From Hamiltosporidium tvaerminnensis FI-OER-3-3 (Eukaryota; Fungi; Microsporidia), in contig JAKIMF020000001.1 of the NCBI GenBank assembly GCA_022605425.2, forward strand, positions 2,617,471 through 2,681,470: a stretch of DNA of 64,000 bases, in the 5' to 3' direction. Shown in pieces: positions 63,601 through 64,000 of this stretch; position 1 is the first letter of the stretch; each line of letters starts with the position of its first letter. The notes under the pieces were generated by a model, which saw only the letters and a list, made by a program, of their open reading frames with translations, did not search any database and had not been told where the DNA came from. The translations under genes and the position numbers were made by a program.

Positions 63601-64000
63601 TTACTAGTATAATATACTATTTAGAAAGAATGCTTAATAAAGATTTTCCTCAAAATTATCGAATTTTGGAGACTTTAAAGCCATACAATATGCAAAAAAA
63701 TAGTCTAGAATTGAAGTTATACAAATTTTTATCTTATGTTATCAAATAGGCAAAAATAAAATATTTAATCTCTATATACATAAATTTCCGGCTTTTTTTT
63801 AAAAAAAAAATATAGTGGAATTGTAAATAAATTGTTTTAAGCAACTCTAAAAATGCACATGGAGAAAAGTAGTTTTTGGTTCTTCTCTATTTTGGTACAA
63901 ATTAGCACAATTATTTTTTTTGAGAATTTAAAACAATTTTTTTTACAATCATATAGATTACAAGAAACACAAAATTTTGCACTATTTCGGGTAATTCGAA

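Noticed and set aside
54735-63749. Short 60-104 aa ORFs in the distal region and a 10-bp inverted repeat at 55440-55461
   Set aside because: Composition is F/L/I/K/N-rich as expected for random AT-rich DNA, most starts are non-ATG, no CCC or poly(A) context was seen, and the inverted repeat is within chance expectation.

Overview
Very AT-rich, gene-poor eukaryotic DNA. Intronless genes with a CCC motif just upstream of the start codon and AATAAA/ATTAAA at or next to the stop point to a large-genome microsporidian (inference; from memory the retroelement resembles Hamiltosporidium elements, not verified). Host genes: a Nha1/Sod2-type Na+/H+ antiporter, a 571-aa type I membrane protein ending in KKxx, an acidic secreted-type gene split by one stop, and three dispersed paralogues (one intact, two disrupted) of an unnamed family of about 600-660 aa with signal-peptide-like N-termini. 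Mobile DNA: a complete but inactivated piggyBac (TTAA TSDs, 14-bp TIRs), a hAT Charlie/Buster-type MITE, a near-complete R4/Dong-like RLE non-LTR retrotransposon with a 12-bp TSD plus five truncated or decayed relatives, and several faint Ty3/Gypsy relics. Most notable: the retroelement has essentially no 5' UTR and appears to prefer a specific AT-rich target; a possible decayed hammerhead ribozyme is split by the piggyBac; and the paralogous family appears to be turning over. All alignments were made by eye.
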